Shown here in pieces: positions 52,570 to 60,504 of a stretch of DNA of 64,000 bases (its first letter is position 1; each line of letters begins with the position of its first letter). The stretch spans positions 2,829-66,828 of the forward strand of contig JBGOSS010000015.1 in the NCBI GenBank assembly GCA_041476105.1, read 5' to 3'. This DNA comes from Gemmatimonadota bacterium. Lineage in GTDB: Bacteria; Gemmatimonadota; Gemmatimonadetes; Gemmatimonadales; JACORV01. The notes under the pieces were generated by a model that had not been told where the DNA came from, did not search any database, and was given only the letters and a program-made list of their open reading frames with translations. Made by a program: the position numbers and the translations under genes.

Positions 52570-53769
52570 TCAGAACGCGAACATGCTGAGGACCGCGATG
52601 TTCGGCCCGGTGTCGGTCCAGCCGACATCCACGCCGGTCAGGCTTCCCTTCGAGAGTTGAAGACGGAAGCCGGCACCCACGGTCCACTCATGCCGGTCGA
52701 AAGAGGGGCTCTCGTCTGGATCCCAGAGGAGGGCGGCGTCGCTGAACAGGTAGCCCCACAGGGCGCCGTGACGCAGGTGCGCAGGATCGTCGGTCGGCAC
52801 CAGCAGCTTGCGCCGCAGCTCGACCGTGAGCATCGCGTGGTTCGACGAGAGCTCCCGGCCTCCCCCGTGCAGACGGACGGTGCGCGCGCCGACGATGCCG
52901 TCGTAGGGAAGCCACGACGTGGTTTGCTCCCAGGCCAGGAAGAAGGGGAGCGAATCGCTGGCGAGCGTGAGCCGTTGCCGCAGCGCGAGCACAGTACGCC
53001 CGCTGTCGCCCGCGGCGAGGAATTCGCGCGCCCCCAGCAGGTAGCGTCGGTAGCTCAGGCCGCTCTGGCCGGCCGGCGCGTGCAGCCGCCCCGACACCGC
53101 GATGGCCTCCAGGAACACGCCGCGCGTCGTCGCGGCCCAGTCATCGCGGGTGTCGAGCAGTAGCCCCAGGCGCGCCTCGGCGCTGCTGCGGCGGACCACG
53201 TCCGGGACGGCGCCGGCCACGGCGGCCTCGAAGAGGCTCGGTCGTTGGGTGAGCTGCATGGCCTGGTAGTCGCGGAGCTGGCCGGCCAGGTGTAGCCAGA
53301 GCGGCCCCGCGATCCGCCGCTGGATGGTGGCGAGGCCGGTCGAGCGAAGCAGCGAGTAGCGGTAGTAGAGATTGCCGTACCGGGACTGGAGCGAGTCCTC
53401 CAGCGGGGACTCGTTTGCCAGGCCGAAGAAGGGCGTTCGCTGCATGCGCTCGATGCGCGCCAGGGCGAGAAAGCGCCAGCCGGGCACCAGGGCCGGGGCC
53501 TCGAACACCACCGTCCCCTCCGTCGAGCCGGTGGTGAAGCCGTAGCGGCCGATGGCCCGCAGAGCCGCCGTCATCCACGACGGTCCCCGCCCTGGCGCCT
53601 TGGCGTACTCCAGGCCGATCCCCAGGCCGATGCCCCACCGCCCGCCGGCATCCGGCATCACCAGGCGGCCCAGCCGCCATCGGCCGTCCGCCGTGTCTTG
53701 CGCGCGCGCGCTGCTGGCGCCCGCGAGCAGCAGCAGCGCCAGCGCCGCCGGGCGCGTCAGAAGGCGAAT
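52570..53769 (-). CDS. Omp85/BamA-family beta-barrel outer membrane protein lacking POTRA (paralog 2)
   Basis: Signal peptide (I)RLLTRPAALALLLLAGASSARAQ, YRYSLLRSTGLATIQRR, DTRDD, and terminal ...LSMFAF. No ATG/GTG/TTG is available at the signal peptide, so the start was placed at ATT 53769. Confidence 0.65.
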   Translation of the reverse strand: MRLLTRPAALALLLLAGASSARAQDTADGRWRLGRLVMPDAGGRWGIGLGIGLEYAKAPGRGPSWMTAALRAIGRYGFTTGSTEGTVVFEAPALVPGWRFLALARIERMQRTPFFGLANESPLEDSLQSRYGNLYYRYSLLRSTGLATIQRRIAGPLWLHLAGQLRDYQAMQLTQRPSLFEAAVAGAVPDVVRRSSAEARLGLLLDTRDDWAATTRGVFLEAIAVSGRLHAPAGQSGLSYRRYLLGAREFLAAGDSGRTVLALRQRLTLASDSLPFFLAWEQTTSWLPYDGIVGARTVRLHGGGRELSSNHAMLTVELRRKLLVPTDDPAHLRHGALWGYLFSDAALLWDPDESPSFDRHEWTVGAGFRLQLSKGSLTGVDVGWTDTGPNIAVLSMFAF

Positions 53770-54914
53770 GAGGTCCCCACGCCGAGGCCGAAGCCGCCGT
53801 CGTTCCGGCCCAGGTCGAGACCGAGAATCGTGGACTTGGAGAACTGGAGTCGGGCGCCGACGCCGGTGGACCAGTGCCAGTTGGTGATGGTGGGATCCTC
53901 GCCCTCGTTCCAGAGTCGTCCCGAATCCACGAATGCGAGCAGCCACAGGCGCACCGGGCTCGCCGCGACCGGGGCGTCGAGGTACTTGTAGCGCAGGTCG
54001 GCACTGAACACCGAGCGGTTGGGCGCGACGAAGCGGCCGATCGAAAAAAGGCGCAGGCTTGTCGGCCCGCCGAAACCGTCCTCGGGGTACCAGGTCGTCA
54101 GCCGCTCGTAGGCGATGAAGACCGGCACCGTGCCGCGCGCGATTTCGGCGCTTTGCCGCAGGCCGATCACCCACTGCTCGAGCGAGCCCAGGTGGACGAA
54201 CTCGCGCGCGCTGAGGAGCCAGCGGGTGTAGTCGTACCCCGAGACCGCGTGGACCCCCATCACCTCGAAGAAGACGCCGCGCGAGGGCGAGGCTTCCTCG
54301 TCGCGGGTGTCGAAGAGCAGGCCTCCGCGTACTTCGACGTTGTCCCGTGCCAGGGTGTCGGCGGTGCCGCCGGCGAGAAGCTGCGCGAACAACGTGCTGT
54401 CGCCCAGGGCGCGCGCGCGATAGTGGCGCCACTGCGCGGCGCCGTGCAGCCGCAGCGGCCCCACGAGGCGGCGCTGCACCGTCGCGAGTGCCGTCGTCCG
54501 CAGCAGCGAGTAGCGGTAGAAGGAGGTGGGCTGGCTGTCGCTGATCGTCGAGCTGTTCCCCTGGCCGTAGAAGGGCACGCGCTGCAGGCGCTCAGCGCCG
54601 AGAATGCCCAGGAGACGCCAGTCGCGCCAGCGGCCCGGCGCGTCGTAGGAGAACAGAGCCCCGCGCGTCCCGCTGGTGGCGATGCGCGCGTCCATGCCGA
54701 AGGCCCGTGCCAGCGGCGGCGGGCGCCGGTTCGGCGACGTCCGCCAGCCCGCGACCAGGTGGCCCGCCAGCCCCTCATCGCTGTCGTAGGTCGGGTAGGG
54801 GAGCACCCGGAACCACATCGGCGTGACCGCCGAGCGTTCGACGTCGGCGCGCGTGTAGCACGCCTGGAGGGCCACCGCCAGCAACGGCAGCAGCGCCGCC
54901 GCGGGACGCCTCAC
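53757..54914 (-). CDS. Omp85/BamA-family beta-barrel outer membrane protein lacking POTRA (paralog 1, lipobox LQAC)
   Basis: MRRPAAALLPLLAVALQAC, YRYSLLRTTALATVQRR, DTRDE, GVGARLQF...LDLG, and terminal GVGTSFAF. Confidence 0.75.
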   Translation of the reverse strand: MRRPAAALLPLLAVALQACYTRADVERSAVTPMWFRVLPYPTYDSDEGLAGHLVAGWRTSPNRRPPPLARAFGMDARIATSGTRGALFSYDAPGRWRDWRLLGILGAERLQRVPFYGQGNSSTISDSQPTSFYRYSLLRTTALATVQRRLVGPLRLHGAAQWRHYRARALGDSTLFAQLLAGGTADTLARDNVEVRGGLLFDTRDEEASPSRGVFFEVMGVHAVSGYDYTRWLLSAREFVHLGSLEQWVIGLRQSAEIARGTVPVFIAYERLTTWYPEDGFGGPTSLRLFSIGRFVAPNRSVFSADLRYKYLDAPVAASPVRLWLLAFVDSGRLWNEGEDPTITNWHWSTGVGARLQFSKSTILGLDLGRNDGGFGLGVGTSFAF

Positions 54915-55978
54915 GGGGGCGGGGTTCCCTCGTACAGGTGGGCGAGGTCGGCCTGCCGCGGGCCGCGCTCGTCGCAGACGGCGTACTTGCCGGCGCGGTA
55001 ACCGCCGTACATCGTCGCCGCCCCGAAGTCGCCGCGCTTGTTGAGCGCGTAGAACGTCAGGTCGAAGCGGGGCTTGCCGTCGGGCGCGAGCAGGTGGTCC
55101 TCGGCCACGTGCACCGAGCGGCGCAACGTCTCGAGGCAGGCGTCGGTGGGCGACATCCCGCGGCGCATGTGCTCAACCGTGAGGAACCCGCCGCAGGTCT
55201 TGATGTTGATTTCGCCCCAGCCCGTCGAGCCCGCCGCCCCGATGTCGTTGTCGGTGTACTGCCCCGCGCCCGGAATCGGCGAGTCGCCCAGACGGCCGGG
55301 GATCTTCCACGAGCGGCCGCTGGTGCTGGTGACCGACGAGATGTCGCCGCGGCGGTTGATCACGTTGCAGTTGACGGTGCCGGTGGTGAAACGCGGCAGC
55401 GCCTGGTCGGCCGGGATGTCGGTCCAGGCATCGCCGGGATTCAGGTTGGCCCGCCAGCGAAGCCAGGCCTCGCGGGAACGCTCGGTGAGGAGGTTCTCGA
55501 CCCGGAACCCGAACGAGAGGGCGAAGCGCTGCGCACCCTCGCCGACCAGCAGGACGTGGTCGGTGTAGCGCAGGACCAGGCGCGCGACTTCGCTCGGCGT
55601 CTTGATGCCCTCGAGCGCGCCGACCGCGCCCGCCTTGCGCGAAGGACCGTGCATGCAGGACGCATCGAGCTGCACCACTCCCTCCGCATTCGGCAGGCCG
55701 CCGTAGCCTACCGACATCTCCTCCGGGTCGAGTTCGGGGACCTTCACGCATTCGACACCCGCATCGAGCGTGTCGGCGCCCTGCATGACCATGTCGTAGG
55801 CGCGCTGCACCCCGCCGAATCCCGTGGCGGCCGCGACGACGCAGGGCCGCGAGTCGGGCGGGATGATGACCGCCGGCGCGGGAAGGCCTCCGCCGGCGGT
55901 CCGCCGCGGGGTGGCGGCGAGGGGCACCGCGGCAGCGCCGGCGAACAGGAACTCGCGACGGGAAACGTCGAGCGTCAT
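54911..55978 (-). CDS. Glycosylasparaginase / isoaspartyl peptidase (Ntn-hydrolase, Asparaginase_2) with Tat signal
   Basis: SRREFLFAGAAA. Autoprocessing site region TTGTVNCNVI. GRLGDSPIPGAGQYTD and GAAGSTGWGE. Confidence 0.85.
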   Translation of the reverse strand: MTLDVSRREFLFAGAAAVPLAATPRRTAGGGLPAPAVIIPPDSRPCVVAAATGFGGVQRAYDMVMQGADTLDAGVECVKVPELDPEEMSVGYGGLPNAEGVVQLDASCMHGPSRKAGAVGALEGIKTPSEVARLVLRYTDHVLLVGEGAQRFALSFGFRVENLLTERSREAWLRWRANLNPGDAWTDIPADQALPRFTTGTVNCNVINRRGDISSVTSTSGRSWKIPGRLGDSPIPGAGQYTDNDIGAAGSTGWGEINIKTCGGFLTVEHMRRGMSPTDACLETLRRSVHVAEDHLLAPDGKPRFDLTFYALNKRGDFGAATMYGGYRAGKYAVCDERGPRQADLAHLYEGTPPP

Positions 55979-56961
55979 GGCGGCTCCGGAGATCGGGGTG
56001 ACAGCGGAGAAGATAGCCCGCCGCCAATGGGGACGGCCACCTCGGCCCAGGGCTGCGGAGCGTATCGCAGATCGCGCAGGCAGACCGTGTACGCCGGGCA
56101 CCGATCCCCCGGCCCCACCACGAAGAATGGAAAGCGCGCCCACCCGAGAAACGCGCGGCCGGCGGGAGTCGCCGCGGCGGCCCGCGCCGCTGGCAGCGTG
56201 TCCCGGATCTCCCAGGTCGCTTCGTCGGTCAGCACCGGCCCCGGTCGCCAGGCGAGCGCGAGCGTCATGTAGCGGCCGGTTGCCAGCTGCGCGACGACCT
56301 GGCGCCGCAGCGGGTTCAGCGGCACCGGGGCCACCATGAGACGAACCACGGGGACGCCCCGCGCTTGCAGTTCCCGGCGGACCACGATGCGACCCGCGGC
56401 ACCCAGGGCGGCCATGGCGGCCACGTAGGCGGCGACGCCGGCCAGCGCGATGCGCGCGGGGCGCCAGGGCGCGGCACTCCCGGCCCGCTGCGCGCGACGC
56501 GCGAGGACGATGCCCAGGGCAAGCGCCAGCCAGACCCAGGGGTCGATGATGAACAGCGTATCGCCGTAGAACCACCGGGCGCTGAGCGGCATCAACAACC
56601 GCACGCCGTAGACGTTCATCAGGTCCAGGAGCGGGTGCGACCAGACCCCGACCGCCGACAGGAACAGGAGGCGGGCGAATCCGGGTGGCTCGAGGCCCGC
56701 CCGGCGCGACCGCCGGACGAGACGGTCCCAGGCCAGCATCGCCCCGGCCAGGACCAGCGGCCAGAGCATCATGGCGACGACGCCGTGCGTCCAGCCGCGC
56801 CGGAATCCGAGAGCCGCCGAGGGCCGGAGCCAGTAGGCCAGGCCGTCCAGGTCGGGCAGGTTTGCGCCGATGACGAGGGTGGCGGCGGCGAGGGGGGTCT
56901 TCCGCTTCAGTCCGGCCTCGCCGAACGCCAGTCCGGCGAGGGTGTGGCAGAGGTTGTCCAT
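55975..56961 (-). CDS. YdjM-type membrane-bound metal-dependent hydrolase (DUF457)
   Basis: MDNLCHTLAGLAFGEAGL...ANLPDLDG...WTHG. ATGA overlap with the downstream gene. Confidence 0.75.
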   Translation of the reverse strand: MDNLCHTLAGLAFGEAGLKRKTPLAAATLVIGANLPDLDGLAYWLRPSAALGFRRGWTHGVVAMMLWPLVLAGAMLAWDRLVRRSRRAGLEPPGFARLLFLSAVGVWSHPLLDLMNVYGVRLLMPLSARWFYGDTLFIIDPWVWLALALGIVLARRAQRAGSAAPWRPARIALAGVAAYVAAMAALGAAGRIVVRRELQARGVPVVRLMVAPVPLNPLRRQVVAQLATGRYMTLALAWRPGPVLTDEATWEIRDTLPAARAAAATPAGRAFLGWARFPFFVVGPGDRCPAYTVCLRDLRYAPQPWAEVAVPIGGGLSSPLSPRSPEPP

Positions 56962-57010
56962 GGGGGATAGGTTGGCGTGGTCGTCCGTTCGTCCTTCAGG
57001 GAGTGCAACG

Positions 57011-58546
57011 ATGCTCGAGACGCTGGAACTCGACAAGCAGATCGACAAGGCCACGTACGAGAAGTCGTTCCGTCCGCTGCGCGACAAGCTGGACGATCTC
57101 CAGCGCTCGGTCTACGAGGCGAAGGTCCCGGTGTGCATCGTCTTCGAGGGTTGGGACGCCGCCGGGAAGGGCGACTCCATCGAGAAGGTGGTCGGCCGGC
57201 TGGATCCTCGCGGCTACAAGGTGCACCCGATCTACGCGCCGAGCGAGGAAGAGGCGATGCGGCCTTTCCTGTGGCGCTTCTGGTCGCGGATTCCGGGCAA
57301 GGGCGAGATCGCCATCTTCGACCGTTCCTGGAACTACCGGGTTCTCCAGGAGCGCGTCGAGGGGACGGCCTCGAAGCGCGAGTGGCAGTCGGCCTACAAC
57401 GAGATCACCCAGTTCGAGCGGATGCTGACCGACGATGGCGTGGTGATGGTGAAGTTCTGGCTCCACATCTCGGAGAAGGAGCAGAAGAAGCGCTTCAAGG
57501 CGATGGAGCAGAGCAAGTACGACCGCTGGCGGGTGACGAAGCAGGACTGGAAAGCCCACGAGCAGTACGAGGAATACCTCGAGGCCGCCGAGGAGATGCT
57601 CGAGCGCACCGGGACGGCGTTCGCGCCGTGGACCGCGATCGAGGCGACCGACAAGCACTACCGTCGCATGCGCGTGTTCAAGGCGATCATCGATGGGATG
57701 CAGACGGCCCTCGACGCCAAGGCCGAAGCCGCGAAGCCGAAGCGCACGCCTCGCGCCTCGGTCGCGGTGCCGGCGCTCAAGGAGATGAAGACGGTTCTCG
57801 ACGACGTGGATCTCTCGAAGCACATCTCCGAAAAGAAGTACGACGAGGAGCTGCTCGCCCTCCAGGTCCGCCTGCGCGAGCTGCAGTTCCGGTGCTACGC
57901 GGAGCGCCGCGCCGTCATGGTCGCGTGCGAGGGGTGGGATGCCGCGGGCAAGGGCGGCGCGATCAAGCGCATCATCGGCAGCCTCGATCCGCGGGGCTAC
58001 TCGGTCATCCCCATCGCGGCACCGAAGGGCGACGAAGCGACCCACCATTACCTGTGGCGATTCTGGACCCGCATCCCGAAGGCCGGCCATTTCGCGATCT
58101 TCGACCGCACCTGGTACGGCCGCGTGCTGGTCGAGCGCGTCGAAGGCTTCTGCGCCGACGCGGAGTGGCGGCGGGCCTACCAGGAGATCAAGGAGTTCGA
58201 GCTGTCGCTCGCGAACTACGGAACCGTCCTGGTGAAGTTCTGGTTCCACATCGCGCCGGAGGTCCAGCTCCAGCGCTTCAAGGAGCGCGAGCAGCTCGAC
58301 TACAAGCGGTACAAGATCACCGACGAGGACTGGCGCAACCGCGAGAAGTGGGACCTCTACCGCACCGCCGTCGCCGACGCCGTGACGAACACCAGCACCA
58401 CCTACGCGCCGTGGACGATCGTCGAGGCCAACGACAAGCTCTGGGCGCGCATTCGCGCCATGCGCGCGATCGCCGAAGCGATCGAGCAAGGGCTCGGGGG
58501 CAACGGGAACGGCAAGAAGGGGAAGCGGAAGAAGAAGAAGGACTAG
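57011..58546 (+). CDS. Two-domain polyphosphate kinase 2 (polyphosphate:AMP phosphotransferase-type)
   Basis: Duplicated PPK2 modules: FEGWDAAGKGDSI...FDRSWNYRVL and CEGWDAAGKGGAI...FDRTWYGRVL. Lys-rich tail. Confidence 0.9.
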   Translation: MLETLELDKQIDKATYEKSFRPLRDKLDDLQRSVYEAKVPVCIVFEGWDAAGKGDSIEKVVGRLDPRGYKVHPIYAPSEEEAMRPFLWRFWSRIPGKGEIAIFDRSWNYRVLQERVEGTASKREWQSAYNEITQFERMLTDDGVVMVKFWLHISEKEQKKRFKAMEQSKYDRWRVTKQDWKAHEQYEEYLEAAEEMLERTGTAFAPWTAIEATDKHYRRMRVFKAIIDGMQTALDAKAEAAKPKRTPRASVAVPALKEMKTVLDDVDLSKHISEKKYDEELLALQVRLRELQFRCYAERRAVMVACEGWDAAGKGGAIKRIIGSLDPRGYSVIPIAAPKGDEATHHYLWRFWTRIPKAGHFAIFDRTWYGRVLVERVEGFCADAEWRRAYQEIKEFELSLANYGTVLVKFWFHIAPEVQLQRFKEREQLDYKRYKITDEDWRNREKWDLYRTAVADAVTNTSTTYAPWTIVEANDKLWARIRAMRAIAEAIEQGLGGNGNGKKGKRKKKKD

Positions 58547-60504
58547 GCCGGCGGCGCGGGGTGCAGCGCGGCTTCGACCTCGCGGTGCGCTTCGACGGCG
58601 AGCTCGATTTCCCGCTGGAGGTCGCGTGCCGCGTTGAGATCGTCGGTGAGCTGGTCCACGGTGCCGACACCGGCCTTGAGGCGCAACAGGTCGAGCCGGA
58701 TGTTCTCGAGCGCCGCCACAGCCACGCTGAGCCGCTGCGACGCCTTGACGCGCTGCGCGGTGAGATCGCGCCGCAGCTGCTCGCGCTGGTCGCCGATCAC
58801 GGCGCCCGCCGGGTTGTCCTTGAGCGAGGCCGACTGCGCCGACAGCGCTTCGTCGCCCAGGCCGGCGATGATCGCCTGGAGCTCGTCCACCCGCGCCCGC
58901 ATCCCCTGCGCCTCGGCCTCGAGCCGTCGCACCAGCGCCGGGAGATCCTTCAACGTCTTGCGCGACTCCTTGGGCAGCGACTCGAAGATCTGGTCGGCCG
59001 CCATGCCGATCGCGACTTCGGTGGCCCGGTGAGCGCCGGCGGGGACAACCAGGCCGGGCTTGAGACCGATGGTCGCGATCCTCTGCATGAGGCGGCCGAC
59101 CGGCGTGTCGAGGACCTTCAGCCGGTATTCGAGCGCCGAGTCGCGCGCCTTGAGCCGCCGGCCGGGGACCAGCCGCCCGATCAGCCCGCCACCCAGCGCC
59201 AGGGCGGAAGCACTGCCGAAGAGCCACGCCGTCAGCCAGACGCTCGGCACCGGCGTGGCCCAGACGTAGGCCGCGGCCACGCCCGCGAGCCCCACGCCCA
59301 CAAAGGCCAGCCGCCGAATGACCTTGGCCCAGAACGGCGGTTCGCGGTCGTACTCGAAGGCGAGCTCCTCCTTGCGCTGCTCCAGCTGCCGGCGCATCGC
59401 GATGCGCAGATCGTCGACAGTGTACCCCGCCGCGAGCACCTGCTGCGTGTGCCACACGCGATACATCAGGAAGACCAGCCAGGGCACGCCGAGCGAGAGC
59501 ACGTTGTCCAGCAGTCGCACATTCCCGCCGGACAGCAGGCTGACGATCTCGCCGACTGTCCCCAGTCCCATCAGGAAGGTCCAGCCGTAGAGGACCTTGC
59601 GTATGCCCTCGCCGCGGGTCAGCCAGACCCGGATCGGTGCCGGGGTCTCGCGCACTACCATGGTCGCCTGGGCCAGCGCTTCGGCGAAGGCTTCGCCGGT
59701 GGGGAAGCGATCATCGGGGTTCTTGGCCAGGCACTTGTCGATGGCCTGCGCGACCCGGGCCGGCACACCCGGCGCGACCGACGACAGCGGCGGCGAGGGC
59801 TTGGTGATCTGCATCGCGAGCAGCGCCGGCACATCGTGGGCGTCGAAGGGCAGCGCGCCCGAGAGCGCGTAGAAGCCGACGATACCGAGCGAATAAAGGT
59901 CGCTGCGGCCGTCCACGTTCTCGCCGCAGGCCTGCTCCGGGCTCATGAACTGCGCGGTGCCCAGGATCTCGCCGATGGAGGTGCCGCCGCTGATGGTGCC
60001 GGCGCGCGCGATACCGAAATCGCTCACCATCGCGCGGCCGGTGCCGGCCTCGATCAGGATGTTGTCGGGCTTGACGTCCCGGTGAACGATCCCGCGCAGG
60101 TGGGCGTAGGCGAGCCCCCACGCGACCTCCTGGAGCAGGCGCGTGCCGATGGCGGGCGAGAGCGGACCCTTGGCACGCAGCCGCGCGCCCAGCGTCTCGC
60201 CCTCCACGTAGGCCATGACGAAGAAGACCAGCGACTTCTCTTCGTCGACCAGGTAGATGGGCACGATGTTGGGATGCGAGAGCTGTGCCGAGGTGCGCGC
60301 TTCCTTGAGGAACCGTTCCTTGAGCCCGGGCTGCGCCGCCTGGGCCGGCGGCAGCAGCTTGATCGCGACCAGCCGGTCGAGCGCGACATCGCGGGCCAGG
60401 AAGACGATGCCCATGCCGCCCCGGCCCAGCTCGCGCTCCAGGGAGTAGCGTCCCGCCACCGCCTGCTGGAGGGTGACGAACTCGGGGGCGAGCAGCTCAG
60501 GCAC
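58543..60504 (-). CDS. Membrane Ser/Thr protein kinase with multi-TM and coiled-coil C-terminus (paralog B)
   Basis: LGRGGMGIVFLA, AIK, HRDVKPDNIL, SDFGIA and SPEQ. About four TM helices after residue ~300, then a long helical tail. Confidence 0.9.
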   Translation of the reverse strand: MPELLAPEFVTLQQAVAGRYSLERELGRGGMGIVFLARDVALDRLVAIKLLPPAQAAQPGLKERFLKEARTSAQLSHPNIVPIYLVDEEKSLVFFVMAYVEGETLGARLRAKGPLSPAIGTRLLQEVAWGLAYAHLRGIVHRDVKPDNILIEAGTGRAMVSDFGIARAGTISGGTSIGEILGTAQFMSPEQACGENVDGRSDLYSLGIVGFYALSGALPFDAHDVPALLAMQITKPSPPLSSVAPGVPARVAQAIDKCLAKNPDDRFPTGEAFAEALAQATMVVRETPAPIRVWLTRGEGIRKVLYGWTFLMGLGTVGEIVSLLSGGNVRLLDNVLSLGVPWLVFLMYRVWHTQQVLAAGYTVDDLRIAMRRQLEQRKEELAFEYDREPPFWAKVIRRLAFVGVGLAGVAAAYVWATPVPSVWLTAWLFGSASALALGGGLIGRLVPGRRLKARDSALEYRLKVLDTPVGRLMQRIATIGLKPGLVVPAGAHRATEVAIGMAADQIFESLPKESRKTLKDLPALVRRLEAEAQGMRARVDELQAIIAGLGDEALSAQSASLKDNPAGAVIGDQREQLRRDLTAQRVKASQRLSVAVAALENIRLDLLRLKAGVGTVDQLTDDLNAARDLQREIELAVEAHREVEAALHPAPPA

